A stretch of DNA of 63,427 nucleotides, filler included, from Phoronis australis (taxonomy: Eukaryota; Animalia; Phoronida), in assembly GCA_002633005.1 (NCBI GenBank). It is 4 parts of 4 records of this genome, joined end to end, with 100 filler letters (N's around TTAATTAATTAA, not from the genome) between each part and the next. Parts side by side here need not be neighbours in the genome. Positions count along the whole stretch, not along the records: positions 36,898 to 53,712 come from NMRA01001036.1; positions 53,813 to 63,427 come from NMRA01000279.1; 2 more parts are not named here. One strand, given 5' to 3'. A program made the position numbers and the translations under genes. Shown piece after piece: positions 45,547 to 56,118 of this stretch (position 1 is the stretch's first letter; every line of letters begins with the position of its first letter). The notes below the pieces were generated by a model. It saw only the letters and a list, made by a program, of their open reading frames with translations. It was not told where the DNA came from and searched no databases.

Positions 45547-47586
45547 ATGACAGATGGACTTGTTTGTGAAAGAACAATAAAAAGACGTGCACAGGCAGAA
45601 ACAATGAATTTGCTAAGAGAAGGGGGTGCTGATCATGCGATTAATATTAATGATGATATAGTTGACAATGAAGTTGCGTTAAACAGTGATAACTCTAATG
45701 ACAGCCACGAAGGTACAGATTCCAGTTCTGACCAAAGTTCTGACAGAAGAGTTGACATGGCTATGTTATATGAAAACTTTCAAGATGAAAGTAATGATAG
45801 TAATGAAGTTCTGACAAGTGAAAATGAAAGTTCTGATGAGGAGAATATTGAAGCAGATGATGATCTAAGAGACAAACTGCGACAATGGGTGATTGAAAGC
45901 AATATTCCTCTTTGTCATGTCAATAGTCTCCTATCTATTTTGAGAACATTTTTTTCCTTTCCTGCCCAAAGATAGTTGTACATTACTTCAAACGCCATCT
46001 GACTTTGATGTTCAAGATGTTGCAGGTGGGAAGTATTATCACTTCGGCATTGCTGAAAGTGTAAAGCGAGAATTGCAAAGGGATGATTTGCTGAGATGTG
46101 AAGCTGATATTTTTCTGCAACTTAACATTGATGGGCTTCCAATGTTCAAAAGTACAAATGAACACTTCTATCCTATTTTAGGCATGTTGCCACAGCAAAG
46201 AAGTGCTTCACCATTTGTGATTGGCCTGTGGGCTGGAAAGTCGAAGCAAAATAATGTCAATGATTTCTTGGAAATATTTGTCAATGAAATGATAGACATA
46301 GAAGCGAATGGGTTATCATTAAATGACAAAACATTCTCTTTAAAAATTACTAACATCGTGTGTGATACCCCTGCTCGGTCATTCTTGAAGATGACAAAAG
46401 GACACACTGGATTTTATGGCTGTGACTATTGTGTTCAAAAGGTGGCAGAGAGAATTACAGAACAGTATTTCCAGAGAGAAATTCTGCACCGAGAACAGAT
46501 ATGGCATTTGATGAAATGTCATTTGCTGATGAGGATGAACATCAGCATGGGAGAAGTTGCTTGACCCGATTGAATTTGGGCATGGTCAGCCAATTCCCAT
46601 TGGATTACATCTATTTAGTATGTCTTGGTATTGTCAAGAGGCTTATACATTGTTGGATGACTGGTCCTCTTAATGTACGCCAAGGGAGAAATACCTTAAA
46701 TGAGATTTCTCAAAAGCTTATGCGACTTCGACATCACTTGCCTTATGAATTTTTCCGTAAAGGCCGACCGTTGTCTGAAGTTGATCGTTGGAAAGCAACT
46801 GAATTCAGAACATTTTTGTTGTACACAGGACTTCTCTCATTGAAGGATAGAGTATCAGCCCACTTATATGACAATTTCCTTTTACTTTTTGTATCCATCA
46901 CAGTTTTGTGTAGTATTGACCTGTGTGCCGATTACTATGATTATGGAGAGAGTTTGTTGGGTCTTTTTGTAGATCATGTAGAAGCTACATATGGCCGTTG
47001 GATTTTGACTTATAATATGCATGGGCTCACACACATTGCTTCACATGCTCGAATGTATGGAACACTCCATAATTTTTCCTCTTTTCCATATGAAAATTTC
47101 TTGCAGTCAATTAAAAAACTTGTCAGAAAGCCCAAGTTGCCACTTGAGCAAGTAGTTCGAAGAATAAAGGAGAGGTTAATTTTTTTAAAACCAGTTACCA
47201 CAAAAAACACTTACTGTAAAAGACAGCATAACCAGGGACCTGTGCCAGCAGATATTGTTGAATGTACTCAGTATAAACAACTCTATTCTTCAAATTACAT
47301 GCTTTCTGTGAAAGAACCTGATAATGTAATAAGTGTTGATTCAACTACCTATGTAATCAGAAATATCATTCGGCAAGGAAATCATGTGATTTTAATTTGT
47401 CAAGTGTTTAGAAACAAAGATGACTTTTTTAAGTATCCTGTTGACTCCAGAAAACTGAACATTTGGCTTGTTAGCAATCTTAGCCATGGTGTGGTGAAGA
47501 TTTTGCTGTCTCAGGTTTCAGCTAAGGTAGTTTTGTTACCAAGTAAAGACTTGTTCGTTTCTCTGCCTCTTTTGCAATCAAATTGA
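45547..47586 (+). pseudogene. EnSpm/CACTA transposase, full length with two single-base frameshifts
   Basis: LPKDSCTLLQTP, GKYYHFGI, LNIDGLPMFKS, CDTPARSFLK..KGHTGFYGCDYC, FPLDY..LVCLG, RWKATEFRTFLLYTG, YNMHGL.H, FS.FPYEN, PLEQV.RR. Frameshifts fall in a T7 run (~45950) and an A4 run (~46440). Confidence 0.88.
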
Positions 47587-48091
47587 GAGTTATGCAACTC
47601 TGCTTCTGGTCAGATTGTTATTTTGTGATGATTTTTTTTGTTTTACTGATCCTGTCGCCTAGATTTTTCTGATTTTGGAAAAAATCGTTTTGAGATCACG
47701 TATATTGTGAATTGTGTAAATTAGTGTTATGTCGAGAGAAAAGAAAACTTTGGAAGCAGATTTTTTATCTATTTCTCAACTGAATAAAACCAGATGTATG
47801 GCATAAACTATCTTGGTTGATTTTTAAATGTACGTAATCATTTATTCATTCATATGAAATAGTTGTAGTTTTTGTAAACATGGCTCAATAAGCAGTTAGT
47901 GTACAGCATCCATCATATTGGATTGGTGGATCATTCAATCTTGTTAATTCATATCGGGTGTAATAGTAAGCTTCTTCATCAAGGCCTTTCTGCCTATAAA
48001 CAATTCTTGAGTTTTTTGTCTGAAGCAGTATTGTCAGTGAGACAGCTTAACTATTCAATATGTCATTGATTGATACTTCTTGTTTTTTAGA

Positions 48092-51000
48092 ATGTATGCT
48101 GCTGTGTGTTTTACGGATGAGGGAAGTGTAGAAATAGTGCCCATGTGTTGGGGGAAGGGAGATAGTTGCAGTTGGCCACCTTCCAGCTTTCTGAAAGGAA
48201 GGGAACTTCTAAAGGCGGTGGAACAGAAGAGGCAGCCTGAGGCGGACTGGGCCTTACATCCTGTAGAAATTATATATGCTACCGGTAAGTGCTTAAATCT
48301 CAGTTGGAAATTGTTTAAACTTCTGTTAATAACTGTGAGAAACTTGACCGATTCTATAGTGCCTCACTTCATCAGTTGAACTTTTTAAAAATAATTCTTA
48401 ATTTTTAGAAGTTATGTCATTTTCAGTAATTACTGTTCTTTATTTAGAAAATTACGAGAAGGCTAAAAGGAAATGCCGTCAAGCCGAAGAGCAGTCGGAT
48501 GTGGCCACAACTGATGATGATGGAAAGAGGAGGTTTGGTTTTCTATGTTGAGCAGTTTTTAAAATTCACTTCTGTGCTGAGTGATTGTTTAGAAACTCCT
48601 GAAACATTCTGAAACAAAGAAAACATGGCTGGAGTTGCATAAGGGAGGTAGTGTTATTGTGTTAACACTGTTATTAATTACAATATGCCTTGTGGATTCA
48701 CATGGAAAGTCATGTGGCTGTGTATATTTGTATGGGAAGTCATGTGGTTGTGTGCATTCATGTGTGTATACTATCAGACCTGCTTATTTACTGTGTGTAC
48801 TTAACTGTATAGTCATTTGGGTGTTTTCATTACATTAAACTGAATTCATAAACATTTTGATGTATTCTTTACCTTGGTTTTTAGCTAATGGTATTATTTG
48901 TTAATTTGTAGGCGAAAAAGTCCTAGTCGTTTTGATGACTTAGAAAGGTAGGTGTTACTCTTAGTCTACGAAATCTATGAACATGGTGTCTCAGAAATGG
49001 TAGATCAGATTCATTTGAAACTTTTGATATGCTTAATGACTGTAATATACCTGTTGTGATTGTGTGTTATTTTAGTGATGATAATGATGAACCTGTTCCA
49101 AAAAGGAAAAGAAACAAGAACGTTCAGGAAAAAAGAATTGTGAACACAGCATGCCCACAGCCACCACCCATGACACCCAACAGACCCAATGAATTTCGAA
49201 CGCCATCACCATCACCATCATTGTCATTTACTGTGGGCGAGTCCTCTCGACTCGTGAACAACAACAGGTGCGTTAATCAGTGAAAAGTGTTGGTGATGAT
49301 TTTTACATGTCGTGAACACATCCACTAAAACAAGAAACTGTAGGAACACCGCATTTATCCACCTTCACTCTCATCAGGCTTCTATTGTGAGTCAGCATGC
49401 GTGAATAATTGGCTGATAAGCCACCTCTGGAACTACTTTTGGCTGAATGGATGACCAGGCCATAAAATGATTATATTAGCCAAGACCAGTTACTAATGCA
49501 ACAAAGAATAATGTCGTAGTATCACCTGGCCTTGGTGGAAAGCTGTATACTGTATTGGCTCTAATAAACGCTTAGAAAAAATCATTTCACGGGGAGGGGA
49601 TTCTTATTGTAGCCTACGGCAGTTCAGTGAAAGCCGGTTTCCCAAACGGGTAAAATCGGAAGCTAGGATTCATAAAATTTACGCTTTGTGACGAATTTTT
49701 AGCCCATGACAGTCTTTCTACAAAATTGTGAAGCATTGCTATGAACTTCCGTTGTTAAATTACGATAATTTTTCAAAAAATTGTGCTCATCACAGGGCGA
49801 AAACTTGCCGACTGATGCGTCGCCGCTGAATCGCCATCGTCAATAGGAAAACTTGTACTCTTGAATAAAAATATAGTTTCGACTCAACAAATTACCTGAA
49901 ATCTTCCTGATGTTTTACAATTTTTAAAGTTCATGTGGAGTCCAGATTAATTGCGATTAAGTCCAAATGTGCGCTACATCGTACTCCACAACAAGAGAAA
50001 AATCTCTGGATGAACACACATGTTGTTGTCACGTGACGTTTGTTTTGAAGGTCGTCTGTGTATGAGAGTGAGTGAGCGTGCGTGTGCGGGTCATCGACGA
50101 TAGACTTTTTTGTTACAAAAGGCGGAGGATTATGCAAGAAAATGGCGTTTACTAGATTGTTTTTCACTTAAACGGCTGTAACGTGCAAGGTGAGTGCTGG
50201 TTAACTCACAGATTTTGTGTGCACAGGCCGACTGTCGTTAGCTCTGCCGTGGAGTATTAATAGTCCAAGGCTCGATCTACATGTTGGGGACGAAATGAAC
50301 TACCCGGGCTGTGTGAAATTTCTGGGTCTAACGGAGACACTGACGCAGTGGTCAGTCAGATCGCTGTATCAAGACTATAGTCAAAATCCAAATTCGTTTT
50401 ATCGTGTCCCTGTCAATAATAACGGCATGTTAAAGCCTTCTTAATTTTCGTACTTCAGGAACATAACAATCACGTGTTTTGTACACATACGCGCACGCCG
50501 CAGATCACATCTCGGAAATTGCCGATTTGACGGATGACAATGAATGAACACAATGAAATTAACAACGTCGTTTTACAGCTTGTAAGATTCATAATAAAAG
50601 TATTTTGAATATTGCAATGCATGTGTTCCAAAATCTAAATATCTTGGGTCCTATATTTTTGTATTAGTGCGCGCCGAATGAAAGTAATCGTGAGTGTTGC
50701 TGTGTTGCAAAATCTCTTATCCTGGGCCGATTTGAAAAATTCAAAGTTGTACTCATATTTGTTTTCGCTCCTCTTTTCAAATATTAAAGTAAAAACTACG
50801 TAAAACTCTCACCATAAAAAGTACAGTCTGCTAGCTAGATTGTAATCAGCTGATCATATCCGCATGAGCGAAGCCAATTATCCTCGCTCGTGACTCGATG
50901 ACTAGAGCAGCCTGGCGGCATCCCTTTGATCGAGAGCCGAGTGCGACTCAGCCAAGGTGGATAAATACGGTCTAGTTCAATTTTCCATACCCCGCCGTTT

Positions 51001-51779
51001 ACCTTAACCACCGGGGTTAGAACCAATTTTATTTAGTGGGAATGTTCATAGCATGATTTGTTATATTTGAGCTTTCATTTTTCAACAGTACATTTTCAAA
51101 AAGAAAACTTGGTGCTAGCTTCGTGAAATTTGTGTTACTTTGTCAGTTGTTTTTACTTAATATGACAATACTTTTACGCAATGTGTCTGTTCGATGCCTT
51201 TCCTTTTTCGTTTTCTTGGTATTTAAGAAGTTGGTCTTTAAGAGAAAATTTATTTCTGTTGACTGTTGGATCTGGAAATGGTGCTTTGTGACCTTACAAA
51301 AACTGTTGTTAATGTTGTGAACTGTTTATTCATAATTCATCATGTCTTCATGATCTTCTGGTGACATTTACTGGTCTAAACTACGGGTTATGAAACGGGT
51401 TACAAAGGAGACTACATACTTGGCGTATTAAATGTTTTTGCCACAGCAACATTGTAGTAGATTGTACATCGACATATTAAGAACACCTGCAAATCGGGTT
51501 TACAATGTTAAGTAAGTTTGAACCTACGTTGTTTTGTCTCTTAAACAAATTTCATAAGGCGTTATACATTTTTATTACAGATCTCAACAAATCCTGCTAT
51601 TAAAAGAAATTCAGCAGCAGGTGCGGCAGAACACTATGCTATTAAAAGCTTTATTGAAGGAGAAGAATTCCGTTCCGCCATTGACTGATGTTTCATACTT
51701 TGGACTCCCACTTTCTTCACTTGAAGACGTGAATAGAGCTGAGGAGTTAATACAAGATAAAGACAAACGGGCTTCTTTA
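48092..51779 (+). CDS. EnSpm accessory gene (DUF4806-like), exons 48092-48284, 48448-48532, 48912-48947, 49076-49267, 51581-51779; 3' exons not found
   Basis: MYAAVCF..EGSVEIVP..W.....WPP...P.ADW...Y.KA...AEE.SD..T N-terminus and LPLSSLEDV..AE.LI motif. All AG/GT sites are present and phases 1-2-2-2-0 give an open frame. Confidence 0.72.
49306..51055. mobile_element. Nested non-autonomous element in an intron of the accessory gene
   Basis: Imperfect IRs CATGTCGTGAACACATCCACTAAA / TTTAGTGGGAATGTTCATAGCATG, with inner ACCGCATTTATCCACCTT / AAGGTGGATAAATACGGT. Confidence 0.45.
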
Positions 51780-52282
51780 GTAAGTGTTAATGTACAGTCA
51801 AATGAGCCATTACGACATCAGATAACTTACTCAAAACATTTTACGCAGTCGATTTTCCATCCTTGTTATGTATGATGTACATTGTTGCTCTTGTATACAC
51901 AAAATGGATTTTCTGGGTTTTATTTTTCTAAAGGGGCAAAGAATCTGCCTGAGGTAATCGTGTGTAGTGGTGGTGGCACATTTCTACACTTTGACTATCT
52001 TTATTGTGTGTATTCATATTCTTCACTCATGGTGAAATGTCTTCAGTTTGGGGCATAACATAAGGAAATACTGTAATATCATTTGGTCAAGTTTCTGAAC
52101 CATTAATGTCAACGTGCAATTATGTTTGTTCCAAATTAAAGGTTTTTTATCATAAATCTCTATGCTTTTACCTGGTGCTCTTACTAGCTTATTATTTTCT
52201 GATGGATTTGACTACAAGTGTGCCTGACACGCTGCGGAAAATTTACAGGCATCATATTTTTTACTAAAGTTGGTAGAGAACA

Positions 52283-52555
52283 CATAGATTAATTCTTAAC
52301 ACAACCAATCAAAACCGTTTTACCATGACAGTTTCAGCTAATCACAGCAGCCATTTTCGGAAGCTTTTGGACTCTAGGTGGCATGGTGATGACACTAAAT
52401 TTTAGATTGGGGGGTTTAAAGTATCTAAATTTTGGAACAGTGTCATTACCACGCCACCTAGTGTCCAATAGCTTCCGCAGAATGCTGCTGTGAGTAGCCG
52501 AAACTGTCAAGATACAGCATCTTTGCTTGGTTGTGTTACTAAGAATTAATCTATG
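52283..52555. repeat. Foldback inverted repeat (arms >110 bp, loop ~40 nt)
   Basis: TGACAGTTTCAGCTAATCACAGCAGC...GGTGATGACACT pairs with AGTGTCATTACC...GCTGCTGTGAGTAGCCGAAACTGTCA; the outer CATAGATTAATTCTTA pairs with TAAGAATTAATCTATG. Confidence 0.8.
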
Positions 52556-53712
52556 CATCATATTTGTGTTTAAAAACGCTGTTTCAGTAAGTTTTGCCTG
52601 TGTTCTAGCAAACTGAACTGGAACTCTTTCTGTGGCAGTTTTTTTTTCTGGCATTCTGTTCCACTTGCAGAAACTTGGTCACCTGTGCAGATGTGATTTC
52701 AGGTTGCAGCTGTTGCAATTCTTGTATTCCTTCACAAAACTTGATTGAACCCTCCTTTAGCTTCTCATTTCTCACCAATGTGAGCATGCATTCCAGTGCT
52801 TGCATCTCTGCTTTTTGCTATCACATCCAGTGAGGAGTGCTTTATTTTGATTTTTATGACGGTACTTCATGCTTTGCCATTCAAAATCAGGTGAATTGTT
52901 ATTATATTGCTAGTGATTTGAAGCTTTGGTATAGAGTGGTGCCATGTTGCGTGAAAGCTCACTTAAACAAACCAGCATCGCCTGTATAGGAATTCATCTT
53001 TGTTCCTATATCTATGATTTGTAGTTGTTAAAAAAGTACAGCACACATCACGAATTTTTGGCCGACCAGTCGGAAATTGGTCGACGACCAGCCGTCGACC
53101 GGTCGTCTAGCCGACCAGCAGCCGACCAACAACGGTCGGCTAGGAGCCGTCTGCTTAGTCGCCTCTGTGGTCGGCACTTGGGTCGGCTAATTGGTCGCCT
53201 AGCGTAGACGACCAATTCGGATTAACCGTGTCCTTGGTCGGCAATTACCATTTTATGACTTAGCGGGTGAACTTTGGACAAACAAACATTTAACTGTTCG
53301 CTGTTCGTTTACCAGTGGCAACTCCGGTCTTGACATCGGTTTATCAAATTTTGTTCAACTATTAAATGGAGGTAAATCGAATCAACCTACGAATACGAAG
53401 TGCGTGGCATTACACAAGCCGAAAAACTTATGTTGAATTAATGACGGCGTAGTAAAATCAAACGTTAAGTGATATAGCGGAAAAATAATTTCTAACTTTA
53501 GATATCAGACTTTTTATGCAGTGCATTATGCATAAAAACAAGCACGAAATTTGAAATTTACAGCAAAATTGCATAAAAATCAGAATACAACACTGGATAT
53601 TTTACGACCTCAAATGTTTTCATGCCGCGGATTGCTCAACAAGCAGCACGCATTTGCGCTCATCCGTTATTGCTCTTGATCATCACTTCATCACGCTGTA
53701 TATTGCGCTTTA

Positions 53713-53812
53713 NNNNNNNNNNNNNNNNNNNNNNNNNNNNNNNNNNNNNNNNNNNNTTAATTAATTAANNNNNNNNNNNNNNNNNNNNNNNNNNNNNNNN
53801 NNNNNNNNNNNN
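53713..53812. other. Artificial scaffold spacer
   Basis: N44-TTAATTAATTAA-N44. Confidence 0.95.
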
Positions 53813-53843
53813 ACAGTTTCGCTGCACCTCCGTCGAGCACGGG

Positions 53844-55760
53844 ATGTCTTTCATTGATTATCCAAAGGCTTTGCTCCAAACCGAGTTGCCACATCTGCAA
53901 CCATTTCTTGAGAAAAATATACTCATCTTGGGCGAGACTGGTGTTGGAAAATCTACTTGGATCAACGGGGTGTACAATTATCTTAATTTTCCTACTCTTC
54001 AAGATGCCAAAGACACCACAAAACCGCTTGCTTTGATACCGGCCGGGTTTGAACTTACCAAAGATGGCAAACGTTATGATATAAAAATTGGAAAAGAAAC
54101 TGCGGGAGAAGAAAAGCTGGAGACGGGATGCTCAGCCACCCAGTCCACGAAATCGTATTTATTCCACGGGGCAGGCTGCAGAATCCGCTTGATTGACACA
54201 CCGGGTATTGGCGACTCTCGTGGATTGGAACAGGATAAGAAAAATTTTGACAACATTCTTCAATTCCTGTCTGCTTTTGACGAAATCCATGCGATTTGTA
54301 TACTTCTGAAACCAAATTGCTCAAGACTTACTGTCATGTTTCGCTTCTGTGTCCAGGAGCTTCTTGCTCAATTGCACTCATCTGCAGTAAACAACATACT
54401 GTTCTGCTTTACAAATTCAAGAGGAACGTTTTATCAACCCGGTGACACACTTGGTTCTTTGAACAAGATGCTTAAAGACAACGGCATAAAACTACAGGCA
54501 GATAAGAAGAATACCTTTTGCTTTGACAACGAAGCTTTCAGATTTTTGGCATGCCTTCAGAATGGTGTTCAGTTCAATGAAGAGGAAGAAGAGCTGTATG
54601 CAAAGAGCTGGGAGAAGTCTGTTGACGTCACGACCAAAATGTTTGCTCACATAACTAAGCTGCCTGCTCACTATGTGCGCAATACCATTAGTATGAACGA
54701 AGCACGCAGGATCACTCTGGCACTGAGCAAACCAATGGCGGAGGTGGCGGCTAGGATACACGAAAATGAACAGATGGCAAATCAGCAGAAAAATGACATC
54801 AAAGAAGACAAGATTCGTATGAGTGAACTAAGAGAAGGTTTGAGATGCACAGTGTATGACCTTGAGCGTGAAAACCTTTGGCACGGAATGACAGTGTGCA
54901 CGCACTACAGATGCGTTGACGAAGTTGAAGTTGGAAAACAAAAATCGAAAATGACTGTGTTCAAGACGGCATGTCACGATCCATGTGATTGCTTTCTTTG
55001 GGGGGCAGCACCAAACACACGATATACTGCCACAACTGGATGGTGCAAATGCACTCGGTATTTGTACGTCATGAGTCAACCGTGCACACACTGCGGACAT
55101 GACTACGACAGCCACATGTATGTAGACTATAGGTTAAAACAGGTGGAAAGGGAGTTGATTGATGAAGATGTTCTACAGCAAATACTGGAGAAGTCCACAG
55201 AAAAAGAACAAAAAGAGGAGTGCATTCTCCAAATTGACAAGAAAATCAAAGAGCTTGAATACGAAAAGAAAGCCATTCTTGAAGCTAGCGCCACCTTTGG
55301 TGCATTCCTGAAGCAAAACGCTTTAATTCCCTTCAACGACGCTGTAAAAGATTACATTGAGATGATTATTCAACAGGAGCAAGAAAAGGCAGACGACTAT
55401 CGAGATACAGAGAAAATGAAGAGCATGACACGGCTTCTTCAAATGTATGAAGAGGACAAAAAACGCATAGATGAAATCGAAAAAGTCAATCCTATAACTC
55501 CAGAAGATATAAAGAGAGAGCAAGACAAGTTATTTAGCCTTGAGCATTATGGTAGCACTTTGGAAGACATGTTCAATGGGATATCTATATCGAAGTCAGC
55601 TGAAAATGCTTCGTTTCCTGAGCAAGTTGTTCTTCTGTCTGAAGACGAGACGCCATCAGGACATCAGTCTCAGTCATTGCCTGCCCCCCATCAGAGTTCC
55701 CAGGCTCCACCGAAAGGAGCTGTGAACAAGTTGTTTAATTTTTTCAAGGGCTTATTCTAA
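53844..55760 (+). CDS. Intronless septin/AIG1-like P-loop GTPase with a Cys/His-rich (DUF8206-like) domain and coiled coils; probably 5'-partial
   Basis: 638-aa ORF with G1 GETGVGKST, G2 SATQ, G3 LIDTPGIGD and G4-like FCFTNSR. It also has TVCT..C, CHDPC and CTHCGHDYDSHM motifs and E/K-rich helices. The frame stays open upstream (QFRCTSVEHG) into the gap. Confidence 0.9.
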   Translation: MSFIDYPKALLQTELPHLQPFLEKNILILGETGVGKSTWINGVYNYLNFPTLQDAKDTTKPLALIPAGFELTKDGKRYDIKIGKETAGEEKLETGCSATQSTKSYLFHGAGCRIRLIDTPGIGDSRGLEQDKKNFDNILQFLSAFDEIHAICILLKPNCSRLTVMFRFCVQELLAQLHSSAVNNILFCFTNSRGTFYQPGDTLGSLNKMLKDNGIKLQADKKNTFCFDNEAFRFLACLQNGVQFNEEEEELYAKSWEKSVDVTTKMFAHITKLPAHYVRNTISMNEARRITLALSKPMAEVAARIHENEQMANQQKNDIKEDKIRMSELREGLRCTVYDLERENLWHGMTVCTHYRCVDEVEVGKQKSKMTVFKTACHDPCDCFLWGAAPNTRYTATTGWCKCTRYLYVMSQPCTHCGHDYDSHMYVDYRLKQVERELIDEDVLQQILEKSTEKEQKEECILQIDKKIKELEYEKKAILEASATFGAFLKQNALIPFNDAVKDYIEMIIQQEQEKADDYRDTEKMKSMTRLLQMYEEDKKRIDEIEKVNPITPEDIKREQDKLFSLEHYGSTLEDMFNGISISKSAENASFPEQVVLLSEDETPSGHQSQSLPAPHQSSQAPPKGAVNKLFNFFKGLF

Positions 55761-56112
55761 TGTGAAGCCATGCATTAACTCGGATTCGCACAACGATCTT
55801 CAGTTTTTCTGTCGTGGTACATGTATAGCCTTATTTTTTCTATGTGAAGCCATGAAGTCACGAGTGAGAAGGTGCTTCAAGCTTTGACACTTATCTGTCT
55901 TCTTTCTTCTAGACACACTATTTTTTCATTTCTGATTTTGCGAGAAGAACGACTTGACCGAGTCTTAGCGCTCAGGCCCCATTTTCCACAGAAGTAACAT
56001 TTAATGTAAATAAGCATATGTGAGCATATGTACCGTAGTACATGGATGTTGACTACGATCTATAGTACTGTTTTTTTTTGAGTGCATTTGCACGTATTGT
56101 GAGATAGTTTTG

Positions 56113-56118
56113 AATAAA
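56113..56118 (+). terminator. Polyadenylation signal AATAAA for the GTPase gene
   Basis: About 350 nt after the stop, followed by a GT/T-rich downstream element. Confidence 0.5.

Larger units (their letters stand above)
42995..53267 (+). mobile_element. EnSpm/CACTA (CMC) DNA transposon, ~10 kb, with nested insertions
   Basis: Carries a transposase and a spliced accessory gene on the same strand. GC-rich GCCGACC/CGACGTCG subterminal arrays lie at 42995-43460 and 53055-53245, and the right end reads ...CTTAGCGGG. A matching left terminus was not found, so the left boundary is approximate. Confidence 0.7.

Noticed and set aside
52334-52805. Minus-strand ORFs (106 and 66 aa)
   Set aside because: They partly translate a hairpin and show no motif or splice support.
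54055-55523. Short antisense ORFs within the GTPase
   Set aside because: Shadow ORFs of the long plus-strand CDS.
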